Below the pieces are notes generated by a model, which did not search any database, was not told where the DNA came from, and saw only the letters and a program-made list of their open reading frames with translations. A DNA stretch of 32,000 bases. Source: Megasphaera elsdenii DSM 20460 (GTDB taxonomy: Bacteria > Bacillota > Negativicutes > Veillonellales > Megasphaeraceae). Shown here piece by piece: positions 15,250 to 23,443 of this stretch; the first letter of the stretch is position 1; every line of letters begins with the position of its first letter. Location of the stretch: assembly GCF_003010495.1 (NCBI RefSeq), contig NZ_CP027570.1, forward strand, positions 900,001 through 932,000, read 5' to 3'. The translations under genes were made by a program, and so were the position numbers.

Positions 15250-15690
15250 ATGCAGATTTCCAGTCGGTTTACCATGGCCGTCCATACCTTATTGTGCATC
15301 GACTTTTTTGGCAAGACCGAAAAAGTGACCAGTGATTTCATTGCAGGCAGTGTAGGCACCAATCCGGTCATCATCCGCAAACTGCTCATCCAGCTCAAGG
15401 CAGCTGGCTTGATCCAGGTAAAGCGCGGGACCGGGGGGACGGCCTTGGAAAAGCCTTTATCTGACATCAGTTTATATGATGTTTACCATGCCGTAGACTG
15501 TGTCGGCAATGACTCGCTCTTTCATTTTCATGAACATCCTTGTCCCCAGTGCCCTGTAGGCAAGACGATTCATGCCGGCCTGGATGACAGGCTTCATGAA
15601 ATACAGGATACCATGGAAGATAAGATGCGCAGCATTTCCCTGGCCGATGTGGCTGGGACGATGCACACGGCTTTTCAAAAAGAAGCTTGA
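15250..15690 (+). CDS. Rrf2-family transcriptional regulator
   Basis: Rrf2 wHTH N-terminus (MQISSRFTMAVHTLLCI ... IAGSVGTNPVIIRKLLIQLKAAGLIQVKRG) and a Cys cluster VDCVG...HPCPQC. Confidence 0.9.
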   Translation: MQISSRFTMAVHTLLCIDFFGKTEKVTSDFIAGSVGTNPVIIRKLLIQLKAAGLIQVKRGTGGTALEKPLSDISLYDVYHAVDCVGNDSLFHFHEHPCPQCPVGKTIHAGLDDRLHEIQDTMEDKMRSISLADVAGTMHTAFQKEA

Positions 15691-15714
15691 TTCTTCTATT
15701 AAGGAGAGACGACG

Positions 15715-16302
15715 ATGGTACGATCCATCTTTTTCTTCGCCCAATGGCTCATTGCCCGGCGCAGGACCTGGCTCCGTATCCTTACCTGGATTACCCGCTT
15801 CGGCTATTGGCTGTTCATCCTTTATGGCCTGCTTGAGTGGTTCCGGCCGCGGCCGATAGCGGAACAGATTAAACGTCGGAAGACTTTAGTTTACTGCCTG
15901 TTTTCCGTCATCCCGGGATCTTCCGTTTCCTGGGTCATCGGGAAAATCTGGCATCGCCCCCGGCCTTTCGCCTGCGGCGATGCAGCGGCGCTCGTGCCGC
16001 ATAAGGCCAACGCTTCCTTTCCCAGCAACCATTCCATGAACAGCCTGGCCATTTCCCTGATGCTCCTGGCCCGGCGCAATCCCTGGGGGCTGCCGGCCCT
16101 GGTCTGGACAGGCGTCCTGGCCTCGTCGCGGATACTCAGCGGGCTCCATTACGTCAGTGACGTCATCGGCGGCTTCTTCATCGGAGCTGCGGCCAGCCAT
16201 GTCGTTTACCACAGTAAACGCTGTTCACAACTGGCTGATCACATCCTTTACTATTGGCATGTCGGGACTGCCGTAGTAGAGACCTGGTGGCGGAAATGCT
16301 GA
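15715..16302 (+). CDS. PAP2-family phosphatase (undecaprenyl-diphosphatase/phosphatidic acid phosphatase type)
   Basis: The three PAP2 motifs: KIWHRPRP, PSNHS and SRILSGLHYVSDV. Membrane helices. Confidence 0.85.
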   Translation: MVRSIFFFAQWLIARRRTWLRILTWITRFGYWLFILYGLLEWFRPRPIAEQIKRRKTLVYCLFSVIPGSSVSWVIGKIWHRPRPFACGDAAALVPHKANASFPSNHSMNSLAISLMLLARRNPWGLPALVWTGVLASSRILSGLHYVSDVIGGFFIGAAASHVVYHSKRCSQLADHILYYWHVGTAVVETWWRKC

Positions 16303-16312
16303 TGGAACAGAG

Positions 16313-16389
16313 TTTGTAGTTTGCAGACGATGGCTTTAAATTTAAAAACATTCACTACAAACTAAAAACTGCAAACTTAATACTCAAAA
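16313..16389 (+). repeat. heptamer-phased hairpin element, family 1, copy C
   Basis: TTTGTAG TTTGCAG ACGATGG CTTTAAA TTTAAAA ACATTCA CTACAAA CTAAAAA CTGCAAA CTTAATA CTCAAAA. Differs from copy B by 7 substitutions and 1 indel when the terminator is included. Confidence 0.75.
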
Positions 16390-16421
16390 GGGCTTGTCGT
16401 CGTGCGACAAGCCCTTTTTTT
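16386..16421. terminator. bidirectional intrinsic terminator (PAP2 gene / LarA-like gene), recurrent stem
   Basis: AAAA-GGGCTTGTCG-tcgtg-CGACAAGCCC-TTTTTTT. The T-tract overlaps the stop codon of the minus-strand gene. Confidence 0.8.
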
Positions 16422-17718
16422 ACCACAGATTGTCTTCTTCGTTAAACTTCCATGTAAACGGTTCGGATGTGATTGTCATGTCCGGATCGTTTTTTATATC
16501 TTCTAAGCACGAGAGGGAACATTCGATGTCTTCCAGTTTCAGTGTATTCTTGATGCGGACGACTTTGGCCTGGTTCGGGTCGGTCAGGAAGGCATGGGCC
16601 ATGGCCATTTCAATGGCGTCTTTATCGCTGTTGCCGTATAAAGGTAGAAGGGCCATGCGGAAGGACTTGGCTGTAATGCAGTTGGTGTATGCCGAGGAGA
16701 AGTCCATCTTGTTTACGAAGCGGTAGCTGACGATGTCGGCCATGCCGCAGCCGGCGCCGTTGCCATGGGAAGCTTCGGTAATGTCCAGGATGACGATACG
16801 TTCAATATCCGGTGCCAAGGCGCGGAAGGCCGTTTCCTGGCTGAATCGTTCTGTCCGGCCTGTGATGTTTGGGTCCATGCCGGTACCGCTGATTTCCTTG
16901 CCGATTTCGTCGACGATGAGGACGTCGATGTGGGGCAGCTTCAGGCGCGGCATTTCCGCTTTGGCCATGGTCTGTAAGGCCGCATCGCGTTCAAAGAATT
17001 TATCGGTCGGGATGACTTCCAGGGCGGCGATGTCGTCACTGGGGCTCTGGACCATGCCGACCGAGAAAACGACGTTTACATGCTGCAAGAAGGCTTTTGA
17101 CACGCGTTCCAGGTTGGGGCCGAAGGAATCGTAGCCCCAGCCGTGGAAGGTCGAAGCGCCTTTGTGCTTGCCGCAGCCGATGCAGATCATCTTCAGCAAA
17201 CCCGATTCGTGTTTATATTTAAAGTGCGTATGCGGTTTAATCTTGTTGAACAGGATGATGCCGTCGGCTTCATAGGCATTCTTGTCACAGTATACGGGGA
17301 AGCCGTCTTCCAGTGTGGCCACTTCGACGACGTCCATCGTCGACAGGACGGGGACGCCTAAATAGTCTTCGTTGATGCCGAACTGGGCTAAGTGCTCTTT
17401 TTGGCCTTCGGCCGTGGCCCCGGCATGACTACCCATAGCCGGGAAGACAAAGGGCTTGGCACCCCAGGCTTTGAGCTGATCGCAAAGAGCTTTCATGATT
17501 TCCTTATAATGCGGGAGCCCACGGCTGCCGGCAGTGATGCCGATGCGCTTGCCTTTGAGGGCTTCTGTCGTTGCCGTATCCAAGGTCAGGAGCTGTTTTT
17601 TCAGGACGCCGACGGGATCGGCCAGATCTGTATGAGGGAATGATTGATGGACTTTGACCATCTGCGGGATGACGATGCCATCGGTCAGGGATTGTTTGTC
17701 GAGTTTGGGAAAGAACAA
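16420..17718 (-). CDS. LarA-like N-terminal-domain (DUF2088-type) protein; putative nickel-pincer-cofactor-dependent racemase/epimerase family (call tentative)
   Basis: 432 aa, TTG start with an AAGGAGG RBS 7 nt upstream. The motifs PAMGSHAGATAEGQ and IKPHTHFKYKHESGLLKMICIGCGKHKGASTFH resemble the LarA-like fold as I recall it. Confidence 0.6.
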   Translation of the reverse strand: MFFPKLDKQSLTDGIVIPQMVKVHQSFPHTDLADPVGVLKKQLLTLDTATTEALKGKRIGITAGSRGLPHYKEIMKALCDQLKAWGAKPFVFPAMGSHAGATAEGQKEHLAQFGINEDYLGVPVLSTMDVVEVATLEDGFPVYCDKNAYEADGIILFNKIKPHTHFKYKHESGLLKMICIGCGKHKGASTFHGWGYDSFGPNLERVSKAFLQHVNVVFSVGMVQSPSDDIAALEVIPTDKFFERDAALQTMAKAEMPRLKLPHIDVLIVDEIGKEISGTGMDPNITGRTERFSQETAFRALAPDIERIVILDITEASHGNGAGCGMADIVSYRFVNKMDFSSAYTNCITAKSFRMALLPLYGNSDKDAIEMAMAHAFLTDPNQAKVVRIKNTLKLEDIECSLSCLEDIKNDPDMTITSEPFTWKFNEEDNLW

Positions 17719-17806
17719 AGAAAAGACCTCCTTTTAACGTGTAATCATAGGATTAATCTACGAGATACCCCTATTATACGCTGATATGGCAAAAGAAGAA
17801 ATATGC

Positions 17807-17855
17807 AAAAAAAGCCCTCGTGCCACAAAATGTATTGTGCACGAGGACTTTTTTT
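17807..17855 (-). terminator. intrinsic terminator of the OPT transporter gene
   Basis: CCTCGTGC (17816-17823) pairs with GCACGAGG (17839-17846), flanked by A7 and T7 tracts. Confidence 0.7.
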
Positions 17856-17905
17856 GAGGATTTTGTCGAAATTTTAATGAAATTCTAATCTAAGCGGTAG
17901 ATTTC

Positions 17906-19996
17906 CTACTTGCTTTCAGCATCTTCCGGGCTGAACTTGGTGATGAAGATGTGGCGGACGAAGATGACGATCATAGCGATGAAGCAGAGCAGGCCGAGGA
18001 TGTCTGCCGTAGACTGGAAGTCTTTGCCGACCAGGGCCAGCGGATTTTCGCTGCCGCCAGAGGTGACGGAGACGACGATGAGCAAGGCGATGATGACGCC
18101 CATGAGGCTTTCGCCGACGATGAGGCCCGAAGCAAAGAGGACGCCGCGATGGTTGCAGGCTTCTACGTCTTCTTCTTCGTGGCCAGGGCTGCGGCGGGCA
18201 GCGCGGGCCTTCAAGGACTTATGGATGAAGTAACCCATGACCGAACCGATGACCAGAGGGATTTCCAAGGTCGGCGGCAGGTAAATGCCCATGCCGACGG
18301 CCAGTGGCGGCAGAGCCAGGGATTTCGTGTTTTTCGTCAAAATGAGGTCGATGATGATGGCGGCGATACCGACACCGACACCGAAGAGGATATAGTTCCA
18401 GTCGAGGCTGGCACTGAAGATACCTTGGGCGATGGTCGTCATCAAGGTTGCCTGCGGAGCTGCCAGGGCCTGGGTCGGATCCATGCCGGCACGGGGAAGG
18501 GCGCCGGTGAAGCCATAGGCCTGATAGAGCAGGTTCAGGACCGGAGCGATGGCAAAGGAGCCGATGATCGAGCCCAGGATGAGGGCGACCTGCTGTTTCC
18601 ACGGTGTAGCGCCAACAATATAACCTGTTTTTAAGTCCTGCAGGTTATCGTTGGAAATGGAAGCGATGCTGACGATGACGCTGGTAATGAAGATGGCGAA
18701 GGCTGTCGCGAACTGCGTTCCTTCCAGTGTGGCGAAGACGCCGGCCGAAGAGCCGATACCGAGGACGACCAGGGACGAAATGATGATGCCCAGGATGCCG
18801 ATACCGGAAATCGGGCTGGCCGACGTGCCGATGAGGCCTGCCATGTAGCCGCAAGCAGCGGCTACGAAGAAGCCCATGAGGATGGCGACGAGGATGCCGA
18901 CGACGATGAACATAATCGTTACCGACAGGGAAAGGCCGGCATTGCTGACAAAGGCATAGAACGTGATGAAGAGGCCGATGAGGATGGCCAGGAAGACCAG
19001 GCTGACCGATTTCGGCGACATGTCGATGTCCGTATGATGGAGAGCCTTCTTTTCTTCTGTGTCATTAGCGCGCAGGGCGTTGATGGACATCTTGATACCG
19101 TCGACGACCGGTTTGGCCAGGCGAATCAAGGTCCAGACGGCGGCGATACCGATGCAGCCGGCGCCGATGAAGCGGACTTTCTGCGCCCAAATGGCATTGG
19201 CAAAAGCTGCTGCAGACTGACCATCAGCCGGGATAAGCGTCGATGTCAGATAGGGGACGAAGATGTACCAGGCCAGGAGCGTACCGACTAAGATAGCCAT
19301 GCCGCTGGCGATGCCGATAAGATAGCCTGCACCGAGGAGGGCCGTCGAGAAACCTAACGGAATCCTTGTGACAGCCGAGCCGATGCTGAACCAATAGCTG
19401 AACTCGGAAGAAACGACGTGGAAGCCGTTGGCACAAAGGCTGAAGAGGCCGGCCAGGGCCGTGCCGCCGACGATATCTTTCATGCCCGTTTCTTTTTTGC
19501 TCGTGTCTTCACCGGCTGCTTCTTCTCGGCGGATTTCACTGCCGACTTTCAGGATTTCAGCAGCCGCCCGGCCTTCCGGATAGGGCAGGTCGCTGTTGAC
19601 GACCATAGCCCGGCGCAGGGGAATGGTGAACAAGACGCCGAGAGAACCGCCGCAGGCGCAGAGCAGCAAGGTCTGCCAGAAGGGGAAGCCCTGCCAGTAG
19701 CCGAGCATGAGCAGGCCCGGCAGGATGAAGATGATTGCAGATAAAGTGCCGGCAGCAGAAGCCTGCGTCTGTACCATATTGTTTTCCAGGATGTTGGAAT
19801 GTTTGAACATGCGCAGGATTGCCATGGAGATGACTGCAGCCGGGATGGACGACGAGAACGTCAAGCCGACTTTTAAGCCCAGGTATACGTTGGAAGCCGT
19901 AAAGATAACGGTGATCAGGGCGCCGAGGATCATACCGCGGGCCGTCAATTCCGGCATACTTGGGTAGTTCACAGTCAAGTTTGATTGTGGTTTCAT
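17906..19996 (-). CDS. OPT-family oligopeptide transporter
   Basis: Polytopic protein of about 696 aa with OPT-like composition. The ORF track starts at TTG 20011, but ATG 19996 has GGAGG 7 nt upstream and is preferred. Confidence 0.9.
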   Translation of the reverse strand: MKPQSNLTVNYPSMPELTARGMILGALITVIFTASNVYLGLKVGLTFSSSIPAAVISMAILRMFKHSNILENNMVQTQASAAGTLSAIIFILPGLLMLGYWQGFPFWQTLLLCACGGSLGVLFTIPLRRAMVVNSDLPYPEGRAAAEILKVGSEIRREEAAGEDTSKKETGMKDIVGGTALAGLFSLCANGFHVVSSEFSYWFSIGSAVTRIPLGFSTALLGAGYLIGIASGMAILVGTLLAWYIFVPYLTSTLIPADGQSAAAFANAIWAQKVRFIGAGCIGIAAVWTLIRLAKPVVDGIKMSINALRANDTEEKKALHHTDIDMSPKSVSLVFLAILIGLFITFYAFVSNAGLSLSVTIMFIVVGILVAILMGFFVAAACGYMAGLIGTSASPISGIGILGIIISSLVVLGIGSSAGVFATLEGTQFATAFAIFITSVIVSIASISNDNLQDLKTGYIVGATPWKQQVALILGSIIGSFAIAPVLNLLYQAYGFTGALPRAGMDPTQALAAPQATLMTTIAQGIFSASLDWNYILFGVGVGIAAIIIDLILTKNTKSLALPPLAVGMGIYLPPTLEIPLVIGSVMGYFIHKSLKARAARRSPGHEEEDVEACNHRGVLFASGLIVGESLMGVIIALLIVVSVTSGGSENPLALVGKDFQSTADILGLLCFIAMIVIFVRHIFITKFSPEDAESK

Positions 19997-20186
19997 AAGA
20001 AAACCTCCCAAATAAAAATTTAAGCGTACTAAAACGTACTACTTCATTGATAATTCTATTATACTCAATTTTTTTTAATTCGTCATATGCCGAATTGTAC
20101 ACTACAGGCGGAAAATGGGCTGTATAATTACTTTTTTGCAAGTAAAAGTATACATATGAGGATAGTAGCCCCGAAGGCCTCGTCCG

Positions 20187-20195
20187 TGGTATAAT
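20187..20195 (+). promoter_or_regulatory. extended -10 promoter candidate for pepD
   Basis: TGgTATAAT, about 55 nt upstream of ATG 20251. Confidence 0.35.
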
Positions 20196-20250
20196 AAATA
20201 AACGATTAAGTAATCAATCGCAGATACTTTTTGAAGGGAGCGTTTGTCAT

Positions 20251-21705
20251 ATGAACGATCAAGAAATCATTGAAGGAGTCATCCATGAATTTGCAGGACT
20301 GGCCAAGCACCCGCGTCCGTCCCACCACGAAAAAGGCGTTAGCGACTACATCGTCAGCCGCCTCCATGAATTGGGCGTAACCGATGTTACACAGGACGAA
20401 GTATATAACGTCATCGCCAATGTCCCCGCCAGCAAGGGCTGCGAAAACTGGCCGCTTACGGTCCTCCAGGGCCATATGGATATGGTCTGCGTCGCCAAAC
20501 CCGGCGTCGACTTCGACCCCTTGACCAGTGAAATCAAACTGGTCCGTGAAGGCAATATCCTCCATGCCGATGGGACCAGCCTCGGTGCCGATGACGGCAT
20601 TGCTGTCGCTTTGTCGCTGTACCTCATCCAGCAGGATATCCAGCATGGCCCGCTGCGTCTCATCTTCACCGTCGATGAAGAAACGGGCATGACCGGGGCC
20701 ACTCACTTGGACCCGAAATACGTCCAGGATGTACAGTACATCATCAACTGCGACTCGGAATATATGGATGTCCTCTGCGTCGGTTCGGCCGGCAGCGTCC
20801 ATACGCATTTCAGCCGTCCTCTCCATTGGCAGGCTGCCAAAGGTAAACAGGCGTTTACTATTACGGCGAAAGACTTTGCCGGCGGCCATTCCGGGGAAAC
20901 CATCAATGACGGCAAGAGCAACGCCATCAAAGCTCTGAGCCTGGCTCTCCGCCGCGTCGCTCAGGCCGGCGTATCCTATGTCCTGGCCTCCATCAGCGGC
21001 GGCGTCGCAGCCAATGCCATTCCGTCGGAAGCATCGGCTGTCATCGTTGTCGACGATGTAAACGCCGGCGAAACGATTAAACAGGTTGTCGGTGAAGAAC
21101 AGGCTGAAATCGCCGAAGTGTACGGCGAAGTCGAAAAGAACGCCCATTTCCTCGTCGAAAGCACCGACGTACCGGCTCAGACCTTCTCGGCTGACGATAC
21201 AAAGAACCTGGTCAGCCTGCTGAACATCCTTCATTGCGGCGTCTTCGCCATGAACCAGATGCTGCCGAAACTGCCGGATTTGTCGGCCAATATCGGCACC
21301 ATCCGTACGGAAGACGACCATGTCGCTATTCAGTACTTCCCCCGTGCTTCGGCCGATGCCCGCCTGCGTGAACTGATGACAACCCTGCCCGTTTACGCTG
21401 AGTTGACAGGCTGTGACATCGAACTGGCTTCGCCGGAACCGGCATGGACAGAAAATCCGCATAGCAAACTCGTTCCCCTCGTTGCCGACGTTTACAAAGA
21501 AGAAGCCGGCAAAGAAGCCCGCATCGAAGCCATGCACGGCGGCCTGGAAACGGGGTACTTCTTCGCTATGAATCCGAAACTGGATATCATCTCCGTAGGG
21601 CCGACGACACACGACATCCACAGCGCCGACGAATCGGTCGAACTCGATACGGTAGCTCTCCTGACCCGCATCGTCGCCAAGACCTTGGGGAAATTAAATA
21701 ATTAG
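20251..21705 (+). CDS. pepD: aminoacyl-histidine (Xaa-His) dipeptidase, M20 family
   Basis: 484 aa. PepD-type N-terminus (EFAGLAKHPRPSHHEKGVSDYI... LQGHMDMVC) and ends consistent with the M20C family. Confidence 0.9.
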   Translation: MNDQEIIEGVIHEFAGLAKHPRPSHHEKGVSDYIVSRLHELGVTDVTQDEVYNVIANVPASKGCENWPLTVLQGHMDMVCVAKPGVDFDPLTSEIKLVREGNILHADGTSLGADDGIAVALSLYLIQQDIQHGPLRLIFTVDEETGMTGATHLDPKYVQDVQYIINCDSEYMDVLCVGSAGSVHTHFSRPLHWQAAKGKQAFTITAKDFAGGHSGETINDGKSNAIKALSLALRRVAQAGVSYVLASISGGVAANAIPSEASAVIVVDDVNAGETIKQVVGEEQAEIAEVYGEVEKNAHFLVESTDVPAQTFSADDTKNLVSLLNILHCGVFAMNQMLPKLPDLSANIGTIRTEDDHVAIQYFPRASADARLRELMTTLPVYAELTGCDIELASPEPAWTENPHSKLVPLVADVYKEEAGKEARIEAMHGGLETGYFFAMNPKLDIISVGPTTHDIHSADESVELDTVALLTRIVAKTLGKLNN

Positions 21706-21778
21706 TGGCTCGTGATTCGTGGCTCGTAGTTCGTAGGGGCTCACTAACCCCTAACCCCTAACCACTAGCCACTTAAAA
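21702..21778 (+). repeat. heptamer-phased hairpin element, family 2 (starts inside the pepD stop codon)
   Basis: TTAGTGG CTCGTGA TTCGTGG CTCGTAG TTCGTAG GGGCTCA CTAACCC CTAACCC CTAACCA CTAGCCA CTTAAAA. AGTGGCT (21704-10) pairs with AGCCACT (21767-73), and TAGGGG pairs with CCCCTA. Confidence 0.75.
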
Positions 21779-21808
21779 CGGCTTGTCGCATATGCGACAA
21801 GCCGTTTT
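21775..21808 (+). terminator. intrinsic terminator of pepD (variant of the recurrent stem)
   Basis: AAAA-CGGCTTGTCGCAT/ATGCGACAAGCCG-TTTT, a perfect 26-nt palindrome. Confidence 0.8.
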
Positions 21809-21874
21809 GTTGTTTTTGCAACAGTTTTATTCGGATATTTTTGCTATAGTATAGGGGAACAAAGGGGGAGTACG

Positions 21875-22132
21875 ATGGAAAAAACGCATATTGATCAACT
21901 GATTACACCTGATTATTTTAATCGGAAAGAATGTGAAGGCTGCGGCTGCTGTGTCAGCATCTGTCCTTATCATGCTTTATCCATGGAGCTTTGTGCCGAC
22001 GGTGTCCGGCGGCCCCGCGTCGATATGAGCAAGTGCCTGCGCTGTAACCGCTGTATGGATGCCTGTGAAATCTACAAGTGTTATTACATTCCCCAGAAAA
22101 AACATGAGCATATCGGGAGGTCTTCATTATGA
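21875..22132 (+). CDS. 2x[4Fe-4S] ferredoxin-type protein
   Basis: CEGCGCCVSICP and CLRCNRCMDACE (two CxxCxxCxxxC motifs). The stop overlaps the next start (ATGA). Confidence 0.85.
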   Translation: MEKTHIDQLITPDYFNRKECEGCGCCVSICPYHALSMELCADGVRRPRVDMSKCLRCNRCMDACEIYKCYYIPQKKHEHIGRSSL

Positions 22133-22830
22133 AATACTCGTTGAATCCACACATCTTTGTCTTTGGCAAGACCATCAACAAGCCGAAGATTTCTATTTCT
22201 TTCTTATCTTACCTGCTTCGGGGCAAACAGAATATCCTCATCGATACGGTTCCCGACAGAGCCGCCGAAGCCTATATCCAGGATATCGAAAGCGTCCTGC
22301 CTGTCAGCCAGATCGATGCCCTGATCCTCAACCACTCTGAAGAAGATCACAGCGGCGCCCTGCAGGCCGTCTTGGACCGTCACCCCAACCTGCCCGTATA
22401 CTGCACGCCGGCTACGAAAGAACGCCTCCAGGAAAAATATCCGTCAGCTGATTTCCGCGTCGTCCAGCACGGTGAAAGCCTGACCTTAGGCGACTATACG
22501 TTCCAGTTCATCCACACGCCGGGCCTCCACTGGCCGGACAATATGGTCACCTGGCTGGCTTCAGAAGGCATCCTCTTCTCGAACGACCTCTTCGGCCAGT
22601 ATTTGGCAGAAGAAACGCCTGTCGACGAAGGCTATACGAAAGAAGCCATTCTCAAAGGAGCAGAACCGTATTTTGAAAAGGTTTTTGCACCGGCTTCGAC
22701 TGAAGATAAGGCCATCATCGCCGATATCGCCGCCATGCCGATCCAGACAGTCGCAACCGGCCATGGTCTCATCTTGCAGAACCAATGGCCGGCTGTCCGT
22801 GAATTTTATGTTTCAAAGGTGCTCAAATAA
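22129..22830 (+). CDS. flavodiiron-protein-like metallo-beta-lactamase domain protein lacking the flavodoxin domain
   Basis: NHSEEDHSGAL (HxExDH), HTPGLHWPDNM, SNDLFGQY and ATGHGLI match the di-iron ligand motifs of flavodiiron proteins. The ORF ends about 23 aa after the last ligand. Confidence 0.8.
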   Translation: MKYSLNPHIFVFGKTINKPKISISFLSYLLRGKQNILIDTVPDRAAEAYIQDIESVLPVSQIDALILNHSEEDHSGALQAVLDRHPNLPVYCTPATKERLQEKYPSADFRVVQHGESLTLGDYTFQFIHTPGLHWPDNMVTWLASEGILFSNDLFGQYLAEETPVDEGYTKEAILKGAEPYFEKVFAPASTEDKAIIADIAAMPIQTVATGHGLILQNQWPAVREFYVSKVLK

Positions 22831-23436
22831 ATATTTCGTATCGTAACTGAGGTCCATGTACTGCGCAATCGTTTCGTCGTCGAACCCGTATTCTTCCGAT
22901 TTATGTGTCAGATTCCCCCATTTAATCTGCATTTTCTTCTTGGAAGTCAACGGTTCTTCGTATTCGATGCGCAGTTCTTGTGCTTCTTGGGAATGGTCCT
23001 GGACTTTGACGAACAAGCCCTTGTCGAAGGTCAGCTCATAGACTTTCCGGAAGGCATGAGGGAGCTGGAAGCCGAAGGGGACGAAATATTTATCGATGAA
23101 ACTGTTGGCGATGAGGATGGAGCCGCTATAGTCCATGACGTGATTGAGCTCATATTTCAGATCCCCTGCCGGCGAATGGAAGGGGACGGGATGGATGCCG
23201 TCGATGGCCGGTGGTTCCATGCCGTTGTTGTTGGTCAGTAATTTATGGAGAGTCAGCATCTTTTCATCGTTGAAACCGAAAATCGCCGTATAACCGCGCA
23301 GGCAGGCTTCATTGTACATGATGGGGTGAAGGCCAAATTCTTCGATATTAAAAAATTCGTCTACGTCTTCGATGGCGACGATGCTGAATTTATAGGTGGC
23401 GAAATCAAAGCCGTCAAAAAATTGAGCGCGCATCAT
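22813..23436 (-). CDS. hypothetical cytosolic protein, no recognisable domain
   Basis: 207-aa ORF with host-like codon usage. A GGAGG RBS overlaps the xpt stop (TAAGGAGGACATGATG), so the second ATG (23433) may be the start. Its 3' end overlaps the convergent MBL gene by 18 nt. Confidence 0.75.
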   Translation of the reverse strand: MMRAQFFDGFDFATYKFSIVAIEDVDEFFNIEEFGLHPIMYNEACLRGYTAIFGFNDEKMLTLHKLLTNNNGMEPPAIDGIHPVPFHSPAGDLKYELNHVMDYSGSILIANSFIDKYFVPFGFQLPHAFRKVYELTFDKGLFVKVQDHSQEAQELRIEYEEPLTSKKKMQIKWGNLTHKSEEYGFDDETIAQYMDLSYDTKYLFEHL

Positions 23437-23443
23437 GTCCTCC

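Noticed and set aside
20206-21621. 471-aa minus-strand ORF antisense to pepD
   Set aside because: The plus strand encodes a complete M20 dipeptidase with characteristic motifs. The antisense product is featureless.
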